A program made the translations under genes and the position numbers. The notes under the pieces are model-generated. The model was not told the DNA's origin. It worked only from the letters and a program-made list of their open reading frames with translations, and did no database searches. Shown here one piece after another: positions 41,821-51,898 of a stretch of DNA of 64,000 nucleotides. The stretch covers positions 8,564 through 72,563 of the forward strand of contig CAZZNB010000042.1 of the NCBI GenBank assembly GCA_964655375.1, in the 5' to 3' direction. This DNA comes from an uncultured Candidatus Saccharibacteria bacterium. GTDB taxonomy: Bacteria; Patescibacteriota; Minisyncoccia; UBA6257; HR35. Every line of letters starts with the position of its first letter. Positions within the stretch are counted from its first letter, which is position 1.

Positions 41821-42375
41821 ATGAAAGCTAAATATTTTAAAATAGGAGATGTTATTAAAATAAATGGAGAGATTTGGAAAATTGTTAAAATTATTCACAC
41901 TCATAAAGGAAGAGGAAAGGCTGAGTTGGAATTACATTTAAAAAACTTGAAGAATAATAACTTTATAACAAAAATAATTAATCCTGAAGAAGACTTAGAA
42001 GAGCTAGAGATAGAGAAAAGGCCTATTAAATTTCTATATTCTAAGCAAAATAAATTTTATTTTATAGATGAAAATAATAAAAAATATGAAATAACTGCTG
42101 ATGAATTAGGTGATAAAGCTAAATTTATTAAAAAAGATTTAAATATTACAGGAATTTTTTATGAAAATGATTTAATTAATATAGAATTACCTGTCAAAGC
42201 TGTATATAAAGTAATTTATGCTCCTCCAGGACTTAAGGGTGATTCAGAAAAATCAAATTATAAGACTGTAATTATAGAAACAGGAGCAGAAATAGCAGTT
42301 CCTCTATTTATAAACGAAGGAGATTTAATAATTATAAATACAGAAAAAGAAGAATATGTTGAAAGGGCTAAATAA
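41821..42375 (+). CDS. efp: Elongation factor P
   Basis: MKAKYFKIGDVIKINGEIWKIV..IHTHKGRGKA; 184 aa. Confidence 0.85.
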   Translation: MKAKYFKIGDVIKINGEIWKIVKIIHTHKGRGKAELELHLKNLKNNNFITKIINPEEDLEELEIEKRPIKFLYSKQNKFYFIDENNKKYEITADELGDKAKFIKKDLNITGIFYENDLINIELPVKAVYKVIYAPPGLKGDSEKSNYKTVIIETGAEIAVPLFINEGDLIIINTEKEEYVERAK

Positions 42376-42472
42376 AATATTTATTCTCGCCTGATTATTT
42401 GATCTAACTACAGGGGGTATATCTTTATAGATAATATAGTAGGTTATTTTATTTAATAATCCTTATTGAATC

Positions 42473-43450
42473 TTATAACGTTAAACCAGTTTTTTTGAGT
42501 ACTATTTTTAAAGTCTTGTTTGCTATTGCATTTGCTTTTTTAGCTCCTTGACTTAAAATTTTTTTCACATAACTTTTACTTATTTTCTTTTTAATTTTCC
42601 TGGCTTTATCAAAATACATAAAGAAAGCCTCTATAATTGCTTTTTTGAATTCATAATATCCTTTCCCTTTAAATTCTTCTTCTATCTCTGTATAACTTTT
42701 TTTAGTTAAATATTTATAAATAGTCATCAAATTACTAATAGCTGGTTTATTTATTGGGTCATATTTTACTTCTCTACCAGAATCTGTTACTGCCTTTAAT
42801 ATTTTTTCTTTTATAATTTTTTCATCAGCAAATATTTCCAAACATCCTTCTGGCAAAGATTTCGACATTTTTTTATTTGGGTTATCTAAACTCATTATTT
42901 TTGCTGTTTCTTCTTGAATATACATTTCAGGAATTTTAAATGTTTTACCAAATAGCCTATTAAATTTTCTTGCTAATTCTCTTGTAAGTTCTACATGTTG
43001 TCTTTGGTCTTCTCCTACAGGAACTAAATCTGCATTGTAAATTAAAATGTCTGCTGCCATTAATACTGGATATATCAAGATTCCCCCACCTACTCCTTCT
43101 TTTTTATATCTTTCGCTTTGTTCTTTAAATTCATGCATTCTCATTAAATCACCTACCGAAGCAAGACAAGTTAATATCCATTGCAAATATAAATGAGCAG
43201 GAACATCTGATTGTAGAAATATTGTTGTTTTTTGGGGATCTACACCAAGAGCTATACAAGATGAAACAAGGTCATAAGTTAATCTTCTAATTTCCTTTGG
43301 ATCAAATGGAACTGTCTGAGCGTGTAAATTAGCTATCATTAAGAAAATTTCATATTTATTTTGCATATCTATAATTTCCTTTATCATCCCTAGATAATTC
43401 CCCAATTGTATCTCCCCTGTTGGTTTAATTCCTGTTAAAACTCTTTTCAT
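42473..43450 (-). CDS. trpS: Tryptophanyl-tRNA synthetase, bacterial type
   Basis: VLTGIKPTGEIQLGNYLG and KMSKS. Confidence 0.85.
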   Translation of the reverse strand: MKRVLTGIKPTGEIQLGNYLGMIKEIIDMQNKYEIFLMIANLHAQTVPFDPKEIRRLTYDLVSSCIALGVDPQKTTIFLQSDVPAHLYLQWILTCLASVGDLMRMHEFKEQSERYKKEGVGGGILIYPVLMAADILIYNADLVPVGEDQRQHVELTRELARKFNRLFGKTFKIPEMYIQEETAKIMSLDNPNKKMSKSLPEGCLEIFADEKIIKEKILKAVTDSGREVKYDPINKPAISNLMTIYKYLTKKSYTEIEEEFKGKGYYEFKKAIIEAFFMYFDKARKIKKKISKSYVKKILSQGAKKANAIANKTLKIVLKKTGLTL

Positions 43451-44559
43451 TTTTTAATATTTGCTAATTCATCTTTTAATTTTTTTGCTCTGCCTTTGTT
43501 GAAATGCTTATATATAGGTTCTAAAATTGAAATTAACTCTTGAATTAAACACTCTTTAAGATCTAATGGATGAATTTCTCCTCTTTTATAATCTTCCATT
43601 AATTCATCTCTTTTTTCTTCTTTGTAAATTTTAATACCAGTTAAAGTTTTAACTTTTATTTCTTTTTTAATAGGCAAGATTAGCCAATAAATCCAGTCTA
43701 ATGGGGGATTATATTCTATTTCATTAGGGGGACAAAAAGCTTTAATGATTTTCTTTTCAATTTCTTCTGGGGAATCGTGAATAAATATACAACTATCTGG
43801 CTTAGATTTGCTCATTTTTAAATCTATTGTCATTTCTTTAATTTCTTCTTTTGTAATAGGATATTTAGGTGGTTTTTGTAATCCTAATAAGATATGATGA
43901 TGAAGAGCGATAGGTTTTATTTTGTTTTTTCTTCTATCTAATAATGGATTAAATGATAAGTTCAAAGCAACATCTCTAGCAATAACATGGGCCTTTCTTT
44001 GATCTAAGCCAGCTTGAACTAAATTTGCTTTTAAAAGAAATATATCGGCAACTTGCATTATAGGATAACATAACTTTGCAAAATCTAATATGTCTTTTTC
44101 TTTTCTACCCATAATATCAATACTTCTTTGGACTCTGGATAAAGTTGTATTTTTAGAAATTTCTATAAAAGTAAGCCAATATTTATCATTATTATGATAA
44201 AGTTGGCTTCCTAAAATAAAGTCTAATTTTTGAGAATTACCTCCTAGGGTTTCTAAACAAACACTAAAACCTTCTTTATAATATCCTACAGCAATTTTCT
44301 GAATAGTTTTTAAATCTCCATTTAATTTATCATTAATATAACTATGCCAATCAGCTAAGAAAATTTGGCATTTAACTCCAGCTTTTTGAAAATCTGCTAC
44401 TTTTAGCATTGACATCAAGCCTGTTCCTAAATGAAGGAATCCTGAAATTTCAAAACCAATATAATGAATTAATTTTTCTTTGTTTTTAATTAGATTAACT
44501 AAATCTTCTTTGGTTAAAATTTCCTCTAAATTTTTTGTAATTAACTCTTCTTTAGTCAT
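43447..44559 (-). CDS. tyrS: Tyrosyl-tRNA synthetase, archaeal/eukaryal type (class Ic)
   Basis: HYIGFEISG, YPIMQVADI and KMSKSKPDS; 370 aa. Assignment as TyrRS rather than a second TrpRS is an inference. Confidence 0.55.
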   Translation of the reverse strand: MTKEELITKNLEEILTKEDLVNLIKNKEKLIHYIGFEISGFLHLGTGLMSMLKVADFQKAGVKCQIFLADWHSYINDKLNGDLKTIQKIAVGYYKEGFSVCLETLGGNSQKLDFILGSQLYHNNDKYWLTFIEISKNTTLSRVQRSIDIMGRKEKDILDFAKLCYPIMQVADIFLLKANLVQAGLDQRKAHVIARDVALNLSFNPLLDRRKNKIKPIALHHHILLGLQKPPKYPITKEEIKEMTIDLKMSKSKPDSCIFIHDSPEEIEKKIIKAFCPPNEIEYNPPLDWIYWLILPIKKEIKVKTLTGIKIYKEEKRDELMEDYKRGEIHPLDLKECLIQELISILEPIYKHFNKGRAKKLKDELANIKK

Positions 44560-44585
44560 TTTATTTATAATTATATAACAACAAA

Positions 44586-44975
44586 ATGAGAGAAATAGAA
44601 ATTATAGTTAGGGCTTTAATAAAACATAAAGGTTCACTCCTTCTATGTAAAAATAAAAACAAAGATTACTATTTTCTACCGGGAGGACATATAGAATTTG
44701 GTGAAACTTTAGAAGAAGGTTTAATAAGAGAAATTTCAGAAGAAATTGATTTGAAAATTACAAAGCCTAAATTATTGGCTGTTTTAGAGAATTTTTTTGA
44801 ACAAAACAACAAATTGATTCATGAAATTAATTTTATTTTTGAAGCGAAAGTTACTAAAAGCAATTTTACAGTTAAAGAAAAACATTTGGAATTTAATTGG
44901 TTTTCAAAAAAAGAAATTAAAAAATTAAATATATTACCTGTCGAAATTAAAAATTTTTTGAATAAATATGTATAA
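44586..44975 (+). CDS. NUDIX hydrolase
   Basis: Nudix box GGHIEFGETLEEGLIREISEEIDL. Confidence 0.85.
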   Translation: MREIEIIVRALIKHKGSLLLCKNKNKDYYFLPGGHIEFGETLEEGLIREISEEIDLKITKPKLLAVLENFFEQNNKLIHEINFIFEAKVTKSNFTVKEKHLEFNWFSKKEIKKLNILPVEIKNFLNKYV

Positions 44976-45366
44976 ATTTTTAGAGCATGCTGCAGATTTT
45001 AAAATCCAAGTAATTTCAGATAGTTTAGAGAATCTGTTTAGAGAATCTGTTTTAGCTCTAAATGCTTTTTTAAAACCTAAACTAGGAGAAAAAACAAAAA
45101 AAGAAGAAATTACCTTAGCCTCAGAAAGCATAGAATTGTTATATATAGATTTCTTATCTCAGATTTTAAGCAAGATATATATTGATAAAATGATATTCGA
45201 AGTAATTGACATTAAAATAAATTTAGAAAAAAATTCATTAATTACAAAATTAAAAGGAACTGAATTCAAAAAAATTAAAAAAGATATCAAAGCTGTTACT
45301 TATCACCAAACAAAAATAGAAAAAATTGATAGTGGATATTTAGGAGAGTTTATTATTGATGTATAG
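44968..45366 (+). CDS. Archease
   Basis: [13 protein letters not shown]...[13 protein letters not shown]...GEFIIDV. Confidence 0.7.
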   Translation: MYKFLEHAADFKIQVISDSLENLFRESVLALNAFLKPKLGEKTKKEEITLASESIELLYIDFLSQILSKIYIDKMIFEVIDIKINLEKNSLITKLKGTEFKKIKKDIKAVTYHQTKIEKIDSGYLGEFIIDV

Positions 45367-45637
45367 GAATAACTTCAACTACTTTTCTCCATCTTCTACT
45401 ACCATCAAAGTTAGTCTTTCTTATTGTTTTAAAATGAACCACTCCTGAAACTTTAGCATATAAAGTATCATCATCTCCCACTTCCACATTTTTACCAGGT
45501 AAATATTTTGTTCCTCTTTGTCTTACAATTATTTCTCCAGCCTTAACAAATTCACCACCAAATCTTTTTACTCCTAGTCTTTTACTCTCGGAATCTCTAA
45601 TTGATTTTGCTGAACCTGAGGCCTTTTTCTCCGCCAT
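45353..45637 (-). CDS. rpmA: Ribosomal protein L27
   Basis: [22 protein letters not shown]. Confidence 0.9.
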   Translation of the reverse strand: MAEKKASGSAKSIRDSESKRLGVKRFGGEFVKAGEIIVRQRGTKYLPGKNVEVGDDDTLYAKVSGVVHFKTIRKTNFDGSRRWRKVVEVIPIHQ

Positions 45638-45645
45638 TTTATCAT

Positions 45646-46359
45646 TTATATTATACCATATTTTTTAATTTTTTCTACAATTTTTTGAAATTTTTTAGTT
45701 TTTAAGCTTTGTGAGCCAATTAAGAATCCTTTTAAGTTTAATTTTAAATAATCTTCAATATTTTTATAAGAAACAGATCCACCATAAAAAATATCTGTAT
45801 CTGTTTTTGTTTTAATCCAATTTAAAAATTCCTCAACTAATTCTATTGGGACAGGACCAATTTTCTCTGTGCTTATAGCCCAAGCAGGTTCATAAACAAT
45901 TTTTATTTTTTTCAATTCACTTATATCTTTGAATAAAATTTCATATTCTTTTTCCCACAATTTTTTTAATTTTATTAAATTAACAATTTTTTGCTGTTCA
46001 CCAAAACAAACTACAGGAATTAATTTATTTTCTAAACACACTTTTATTTTCTGGTTAGCTATTTTTAAATTTTCTCCCATTCTTCTTCTTTCTGAATGAT
46101 TAATAATAACAAATTTACATCCAATATTTTTGAGCATTTTAATAGAGATTTCTCCTGTATAAGCTCCTTTATTTTGATGATGTACATTTTGGGCTCCGAA
46201 AATGAAATATCTTTTATATTTTTTTATCAAGATAGGTAAAAATACAAAAGGAGGAGTTATCCAAATATGCTTATATTTCAGCTTTTTGTAAAAATTAACT
46301 AATTTTAATGCTTGATTGATAGTTAAAGGCTCCATTTTCCAATTAGCTACAAGGATCAT
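45646..46359 (-). CDS. tpiA: Triosephosphate isomerase
   Basis: [13 protein letters not shown] and INHSERR. Confidence 0.85.
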   Translation of the reverse strand: MILVANWKMEPLTINQALKLVNFYKKLKYKHIWITPPFVFLPILIKKYKRYFIFGAQNVHHQNKGAYTGEISIKMLKNIGCKFVIINHSERRRMGENLKIANQKIKVCLENKLIPVVCFGEQQKIVNLIKLKKLWEKEYEILFKDISELKKIKIVYEPAWAISTEKIGPVPIELVEEFLNWIKTKTDTDIFYGGSVSYKNIEDYLKLNLKGFLIGSQSLKTKKFQKIVEKIKKYGII

Positions 46360-47036
46360 TTTAGTGGGAAATTTAATAACGACAAAATTACAAAAATAGC
46401 TGTTTCAGTTTTGAGAGTTATTTTGCCTAAACTTATAATTTTACAATCTTTTTCTTCAAAAATTTTCTTTTCTTTATCAGAGAAACCTCCTTCAGGACCC
46501 ACTACTATATTTATAGGATCTTTAATATTTTTAACATCTAAAACCTCACCATCTTTCTCCAAAATAAAGCAATTTTGTGGAAGATCTTTAACCTTAATAG
46601 GAGTTCCAATCTCAGGTAAATATCCCCACTCTGATACTTCTAAAGAAGAATGTAAAATTTTCTCCCATCTTTTTGAAACTTCAGTTGTTGACCAGGAAGA
46701 TCTTTCTGTAATTAAAGGAATAACCCTTTTCACACCTAATTCACTAGCCTTTTCTAAAATGAGTTCAAAGTTATTCTTTCGAATAAAGCTCAAAAATAAA
46801 TTAACCTCTCTTGGTGGGAGTAATGATCGCTTATAGCATTCTACTCTTTTAAATTTCCATGTAGAAGGATCAATTAAAACATATATTCCTTCGTATAAAT
46901 CATTGCCAACAAAAAATATAGTATCACCTGGTTTTAATTTATAAACTTTTTTAATTCGATGTTGAATTTTTTTATCTTCTATTTCTAAAAATTCTTTGTT
47001 TTGAATTTCTGTTTCTAAAAATATTTTTCTTTTCAT
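46356..47036 (-). CDS. rsmE: 16S rRNA methyltransferase RsmE-like
   Basis: C-terminal IVVGPEGGFS motif. Confidence 0.65.
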   Translation of the reverse strand: MKRKIFLETEIQNKEFLEIEDKKIQHRIKKVYKLKPGDTIFFVGNDLYEGIYVLIDPSTWKFKRVECYKRSLLPPREVNLFLSFIRKNNFELILEKASELGVKRVIPLITERSSWSTTEVSKRWEKILHSSLEVSEWGYLPEIGTPIKVKDLPQNCFILEKDGEVLDVKNIKDPINIVVGPEGGFSDKEKKIFEEKDCKIISLGKITLKTETAIFVILSLLNFPLK

Positions 47037-47773
47037 TTTGCAATAGTAATTAAGATAATATTTTTTGCCCCCTTTTCTTTTAAAATTCTGCTACACTCAA
47101 AAGCAGTAGCTCCTGTAGTTACCACATCATCAATTAAAATTATATTTAAAGGTGGGGTATCTAAGCATTGAAAAGCAGATTTTACATTTTTTATTCTCTC
47201 TTTATATCCTAATTCTGTTTGTAATTTTGTAGGCCTTATTTTAATTAATCCATCCCAAATTCTTAAATTTGTTTTAATTGACAAAATTTGAGCTAATATT
47301 CTAGTTTGGTTAAACCTTCGTTTTCTTTCATCTAAATAATACATAGGTACATAAGTTATATAATAATCTTTAAAGTTTAATTTAGAATTTTCTAATTCTT
47401 TATAGATCAAATTCCCGAAAAATTCAAAAATTTTGTAAAATCTTCCGATTTTTCCTAATTTTATTAAGTTTTTAATTTGTTCTACTTCATAATCACAAAA
47501 TGTCACCAAAGACTTTATAATATTAGAGCAGCATATAGTGCTTATATTTTCTGTAATTGGTTTTCTTCTTTTGCATTTAGGACAAAATATTTTTAAATTA
47601 AAATCAATTTTTTTTAGGCAATCTTTACATAAATATCCATAATTTAAAAATCTTTTACATTCAATGCAAAAGTAGGGGAATAAAAAATCTTCTAAAATGT
47701 TATATAATTTAAAAATGCTTAGCCTAACATTAGGTAAAAGGATTTTAGGAATTGATTTAGGAACAAAAAACAT
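47033..47773 (-). CDS. comFC: ComFC-like competence protein: double zinc ribbon plus phosphoribosyltransferase domain
   Basis: CIECKRF...CKDC...CPKCKRR, then IILIDDVVTTGAT. The annotated start overlaps pilM. Confidence 0.7.
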   Translation of the reverse strand: MFFVPKSIPKILLPNVRLSIFKLYNILEDFLFPYFCIECKRFLNYGYLCKDCLKKIDFNLKIFCPKCKRRKPITENISTICCSNIIKSLVTFCDYEVEQIKNLIKLGKIGRFYKIFEFFGNLIYKELENSKLNFKDYYITYVPMYYLDERKRRFNQTRILAQILSIKTNLRIWDGLIKIRPTKLQTELGYKERIKNVKSAFQCLDTPPLNIILIDDVVTTGATAFECSRILKEKGAKNIILITIAK

Positions 47774-48764
47774 AAAAATAGTAGAAGTAGAAAAATTTAA
47801 AGATTCCCTTATGTTATTAAATTATATTATAATTGAATTCAAAGCTGAAACACAAATCTCTAGTATATTACAAACATCCCAAATTTTTGAAGAAAATTTA
47901 GGTAAAATACTAGAAGAAGCCAGTAAAGAATTCAAAACAAAAAATGTAGTATTTTCAATCCCTTCTTCTTATGTATTTTCCAGTTATTTTTCCTTACCTC
48001 ATATGCCAATTTCTACTTTAAAACAAGCTATTTTTTACGAATCCAAAAAATATCTTCCAACATCAGAAAAAGATTATTATATAGATTGGAGAAATTTATT
48101 ATTACAACCTGTTGGGATAGAAACAACTCCTAAATGGTTTATTTTCTTTTCAGCTACTCCAATAAATTTTATCGAAAAACTTAAAAGTGTATCTAATATA
48201 GCAAGATTGAAATTTAAAGCTGCAGAAGTAGAATTTTATGGATTAGAAAATTTATTTAAAAATGTTAATGATAATATTATAGTTGTGGATATAGGATATG
48301 GATATAGTTACTCTATTCTAATTACAGAAAATAAAGTAATATTCATACAAAAAATTAAAATATCAACTAGGTCTGTAATAGATACTATAAAAAGCTTATT
48401 AGAAATAAGCGATGAAGAAGCAGAAAATTTTTTGATTAAAAAAGGATTTAAATTAATGCCTGAAGAAATTGAGTTAAAGAATAATTTAGAAGAAATTTTA
48501 AATAATTTATCTTTAGAAATTAATAAAACAAAAGATAATTTAGAAGAAAGATTTAATACTAAAATTAAAGGGATATATTTTATAGGTGGATTAAGCTTGG
48601 TACCAGGTTTTTTAGAAAAAATATCTGAAAAAATTCCCACAGTTCCCGTAAATGTATTTAATCCTCTAGATTTTATAAATGTGGATAAATCTCTAAAAAA
48701 TTTACAAATAGGTCCGATACTTACAAATGCTTTAGGAGTTTGTTTAAAATATTTTTATCCTTGA
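47697..48764 (+). CDS. pilM: Type IV pilus assembly protein PilM
   Basis: ILGIDLGTKNIKIVEV with an actin-like fold, followed by pilN and pilO. The true start may be MLSLT near 47715. Confidence 0.75.
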   Translation: MLYNLKMLSLTLGKRILGIDLGTKNIKIVEVEKFKDSLMLLNYIIIEFKAETQISSILQTSQIFEENLGKILEEASKEFKTKNVVFSIPSSYVFSSYFSLPHMPISTLKQAIFYESKKYLPTSEKDYYIDWRNLLLQPVGIETTPKWFIFFSATPINFIEKLKSVSNIARLKFKAAEVEFYGLENLFKNVNDNIIVVDIGYGYSYSILITENKVIFIQKIKISTRSVIDTIKSLLEISDEEAENFLIKKGFKLMPEEIELKNNLEEILNNLSLEINKTKDNLEERFNTKIKGIYFIGGLSLVPGFLEKISEKIPTVPVNVFNPLDFINVDKSLKNLQIGPILTNALGVCLKYFYP

Positions 48765-48794
48765 TATATTTTTGAATTAGGTTATAATTTTTAG

Positions 48795-49307
48795 ATGATA
48801 AAAGAATTTTTAGAAATTTTACCTAAAAAATTAATAGCGGTTCTTTTGTTAATTTTATTTTTCCAAATTTTATTATCTTTTGGCTTAAATCATTTTTCTA
48901 AAATAAATGAAAGAAAGATTCAAGAAATGAATCAAAAAATAATTACATTAACACAAGAATATGCTAATAAATTTTTAGAAAAAGATTATAAAGGAGTTCT
49001 GCATTTAATTGCTATAGATCATCTTTTAACGAAAAGAAAAAAAATAATACCAGTTTTAGAAAATTTACCAAGATATTTACCTAAAAATTTAAAAATAAAT
49101 TCTTTAACAATAGATAATTTGAATTCTCAAATCAAAATTGCTGGAAATATTCCGAATTGGATAGAATATGCAAAGATAAAGAAGTATTTTGAATCCAAGG
49201 GAGATATTTTCCCTAATTTTAAAATTGATAAATTATCTTTTAATCAACAAATGTTTTCGGTTGATTTAGAAATAAGCTTTAATATTAGTCCAATTTTATA
49301 TCAATAA
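48795..49307 (+). CDS. pilN: PilN-like bitopic membrane protein
   Basis: A single N-terminal TM and the position after pilM. Confidence 0.5.
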   Translation: MIKEFLEILPKKLIAVLLLILFFQILLSFGLNHFSKINERKIQEMNQKIITLTQEYANKFLEKDYKGVLHLIAIDHLLTKRKKIIPVLENLPRYLPKNLKINSLTIDNLNSQIKIAGNIPNWIEYAKIKKYFESKGDIFPNFKIDKLSFNQQMFSVDLEISFNISPILYQ

Positions 49308-49882
49308 TGAGGTTATTTATAAATTTGTTAATTATAATTTTGATTTTTGTAAATATACAACAATTTTTTAATAATTTGGCGCCAGCTTATAAAAATTATT
49401 TAAATTCAGTTCAAAACAAGAATGAAGCTTATAATAAATTTCGGCAAGTTGAATTTATTGGTAAGTTTTTTGATGATTTTAAAAATCAAAAAATAAATGA
49501 GCTATCTTCTATAAACCAAATTGAAGAAAAAGGAGAATTAGATATATTACTCCCTAAAAAATTTGAAGATTATGAATTAGTTTTGATTATAAATAGCATC
49601 TTTAGAAGTTCAGGATTTAATGATCCTAATATTTATCAATTTCAAGAAGAAAAATTAAGTCATCCACAATTAAGTTTTTTAAATTTACTTAAAAAGAATT
49701 TTTCATTTAAAATAGAAGGTACCTACGGAGATATGGTCAATCTTATAAAAAATTTTGAAAATCATTCAAGAATTTTCGAAATTAATAATTTAAGTCTAAG
49801 TAGGGAAGAAGACAAAATTAGTCTTGAAGCCAATTTAGGGGTTTATTATTTAGGAGAAATTAAACCATTATTAGAAAAATGA
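49307..49882 (+). CDS. pilO: PilO-like bitopic membrane protein
   Basis: N-terminal TM and gene context. Confidence 0.45.
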   Translation: MRLFINLLIIILIFVNIQQFFNNLAPAYKNYLNSVQNKNEAYNKFRQVEFIGKFFDDFKNQKINELSSINQIEEKGELDILLPKKFEDYELVLIINSIFRSSGFNDPNIYQFQEEKLSHPQLSFLNLLKKNFSFKIEGTYGDMVNLIKNFENHSRIFEINNLSLSREEDKISLEANLGVYYLGEIKPLLEK

Positions 49883-50163
49883 ATATAACAAAAAATCAAT
49901 TATTGAATATAGTTTTTGCATTAGCATCTATTTTTTTAGTTGGGGCAATATTATGGATAGCTTTATGGGAATTTAATATTCTTAAAAAAGAATCATCATT
50001 GCCAGCAGAAATTTTAAAAATTCAACAAGAATTGAAATATATTTCGGAGATGAATTTAAGAGATATTTTAGAAAAATTGGTTAATCTTAATATAATCCCA
50101 CAAGTTTTGGAAATACCAGAAATTAAAGAAGAAGAAATAGGTAAGACTACTTTATTTGAATGA
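49879..50163 (+). CDS. Small TM protein in the pilus operon (PilP-like position)
   Basis: 94 aa, one TM, translationally coupled to pilB. Confidence 0.35.
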   Translation: MNITKNQLLNIVFALASIFLVGAILWIALWEFNILKKESSLPAEILKIQQELKYISEMNLRDILEKLVNLNIIPQVLEIPEIKEEEIGKTTLFE

Positions 50164-51881
50164 AAGAATTCGAAAACTTTATTAAAGAAAAATTGAAAGA
50201 TCAAATTCCTGAGATTGATGAGATAATAAAAGAAGCGAATGAAGCAAAAATTAGCATTGAAGAATTTTTATATTCTTTAGGGAAACTAGATGAAAATTTT
50301 ATAGAATTAAAAAAAGAATTTTTTAACTTACCCATAAAAAAATTTGAAGCAGAAGAGAAAATCCCTAAAGAAATATTAATTTTAATTTCTGAAGACTTTG
50401 CTAAAAAAAATAAAATTGTGTCTTTTGATAAAAGAGAGAATGAGATATACATAGGAGTTGTAGATCCCTCGGTTGAGAATTTTAATGAAATTGTCAATTT
50501 TATAAAGAACTCTCTTAATCTTGAACCAAAGATTTTTTTGATTTCTATAAAAGATTTTTATAATGTAATAAAACAATATAAAGAATTTGCTGATACATTA
50601 AAGGATATACTTTTCCAAATTAGAGAAACTAAAAAACCTATTATAGAAGAAAAAGCCATTGAATTAGGTGCAGAAATCTTACCCTCAGAAGAAGCTCCCA
50701 TTATTAAATTAGTACAATCTTTAATTGAAGAAGCTGTTTATCTAAGAGCTTCAGATATTCATATCGAACCTTTAGCTAAAAAAACAAAGATCAGATTTAG
50801 AATTTTAGGAGAACTTAAGACAATTGCTTATTTACCAAAAGATATTCATGAGCAAATTGTAAATAGGATTAAGGTTTTAAGTAGATTAAAGTTAGATGAG
50901 ACAAGAATACCTCAAGATGGAAGGATAAGAGTTATAGTTCAGGGTAGGGAAATAGATCTTAGAATTGGAATTTTACCAACTGTTGCAGGTGAAAAAGTAG
51001 CTATAAGAGTATTAGATCCTTTAGTGGGGTTAAAGAAATTAGAAGATTTAGGAATGTTAGATTATACTCTAGAAAAAGTATATAGAGAAATTACAACACC
51101 CTATGGTTTGATATTGATAACCGGGCCAACGGGTTCAGGTAAAACAACAACTCTTTATGCTATTTTACAAAAATTAAATAGAGAGGACGTTAACATAATA
51201 AGCTTAGAAGATCCTGTTGAATATAGAATAGAAGGTGTTAACCAATCTCAAGTAAGACCTGAGATAGGTTATACATTTGCGACAGGATTAAGAGAAATTT
51301 TAAGACAAGATCCAGATATAATTTTGGTAGGAGAAATAAGAGATTTAGAAACTGCAGAACTTGCAATTCATGCCTCTTTAACTGGCCATATAGTTCTTTC
51401 TACATTACATACAAATAATGCATTAGGGGCAATTACAAGACTTATAGATATAGGAATTGAAAGATATTTATTACCTCCAACCTTAAAACTCGTAATAGCT
51501 CAAAGACTAGCAAAAAAATTATGCGATGAATGCAAAAAAGAATCCAAGCCTTCAGAAGATTTAATAAAAATAATTGGAGAAAACTTAAGTAAATTAGATA
51601 AGAAGATTTTAGATAAATATAAAATAGATTTTAATAATTTAGTTATTTATCATCCTGTAGGATGCAATAAGTGTAATAATAAAGGTTATACGGGAAGAAT
51701 AGGTATATTTGAAGTAGTTATAATTACTGATGAAATGGAAAATGCAATTTATGAAGGTAAAACAGAAACAGAATTAGAAAAATTATTGCCAAAGCAAAGC
51801 TTTATTAATTTAAGACAAGATGGTATTATAAAAGCTTTATTAGGTTATGTTACATTAGAAGAAATATTAAAAATAACTTGA
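50160..51881 (+). CDS. pilB: Type IV pilus assembly ATPase PilB (GspE family)
   Basis: GPTGSGKTTTLYA and a tetracysteine motif CDEC...C..C; 573 aa. Confidence 0.9.
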   Translation: MKEFENFIKEKLKDQIPEIDEIIKEANEAKISIEEFLYSLGKLDENFIELKKEFFNLPIKKFEAEEKIPKEILILISEDFAKKNKIVSFDKRENEIYIGVVDPSVENFNEIVNFIKNSLNLEPKIFLISIKDFYNVIKQYKEFADTLKDILFQIRETKKPIIEEKAIELGAEILPSEEAPIIKLVQSLIEEAVYLRASDIHIEPLAKKTKIRFRILGELKTIAYLPKDIHEQIVNRIKVLSRLKLDETRIPQDGRIRVIVQGREIDLRIGILPTVAGEKVAIRVLDPLVGLKKLEDLGMLDYTLEKVYREITTPYGLILITGPTGSGKTTTLYAILQKLNREDVNIISLEDPVEYRIEGVNQSQVRPEIGYTFATGLREILRQDPDIILVGEIRDLETAELAIHASLTGHIVLSTLHTNNALGAITRLIDIGIERYLLPPTLKLVIAQRLAKKLCDECKKESKPSEDLIKIIGENLSKLDKKILDKYKIDFNNLVIYHPVGCNKCNNKGYTGRIGIFEVVIITDEMENAIYEGKTETELEKLLPKQSFINLRQDGIIKALLGYVTLEEILKIT

Positions 51882-51898
51882 TATATAATTAATTAATA

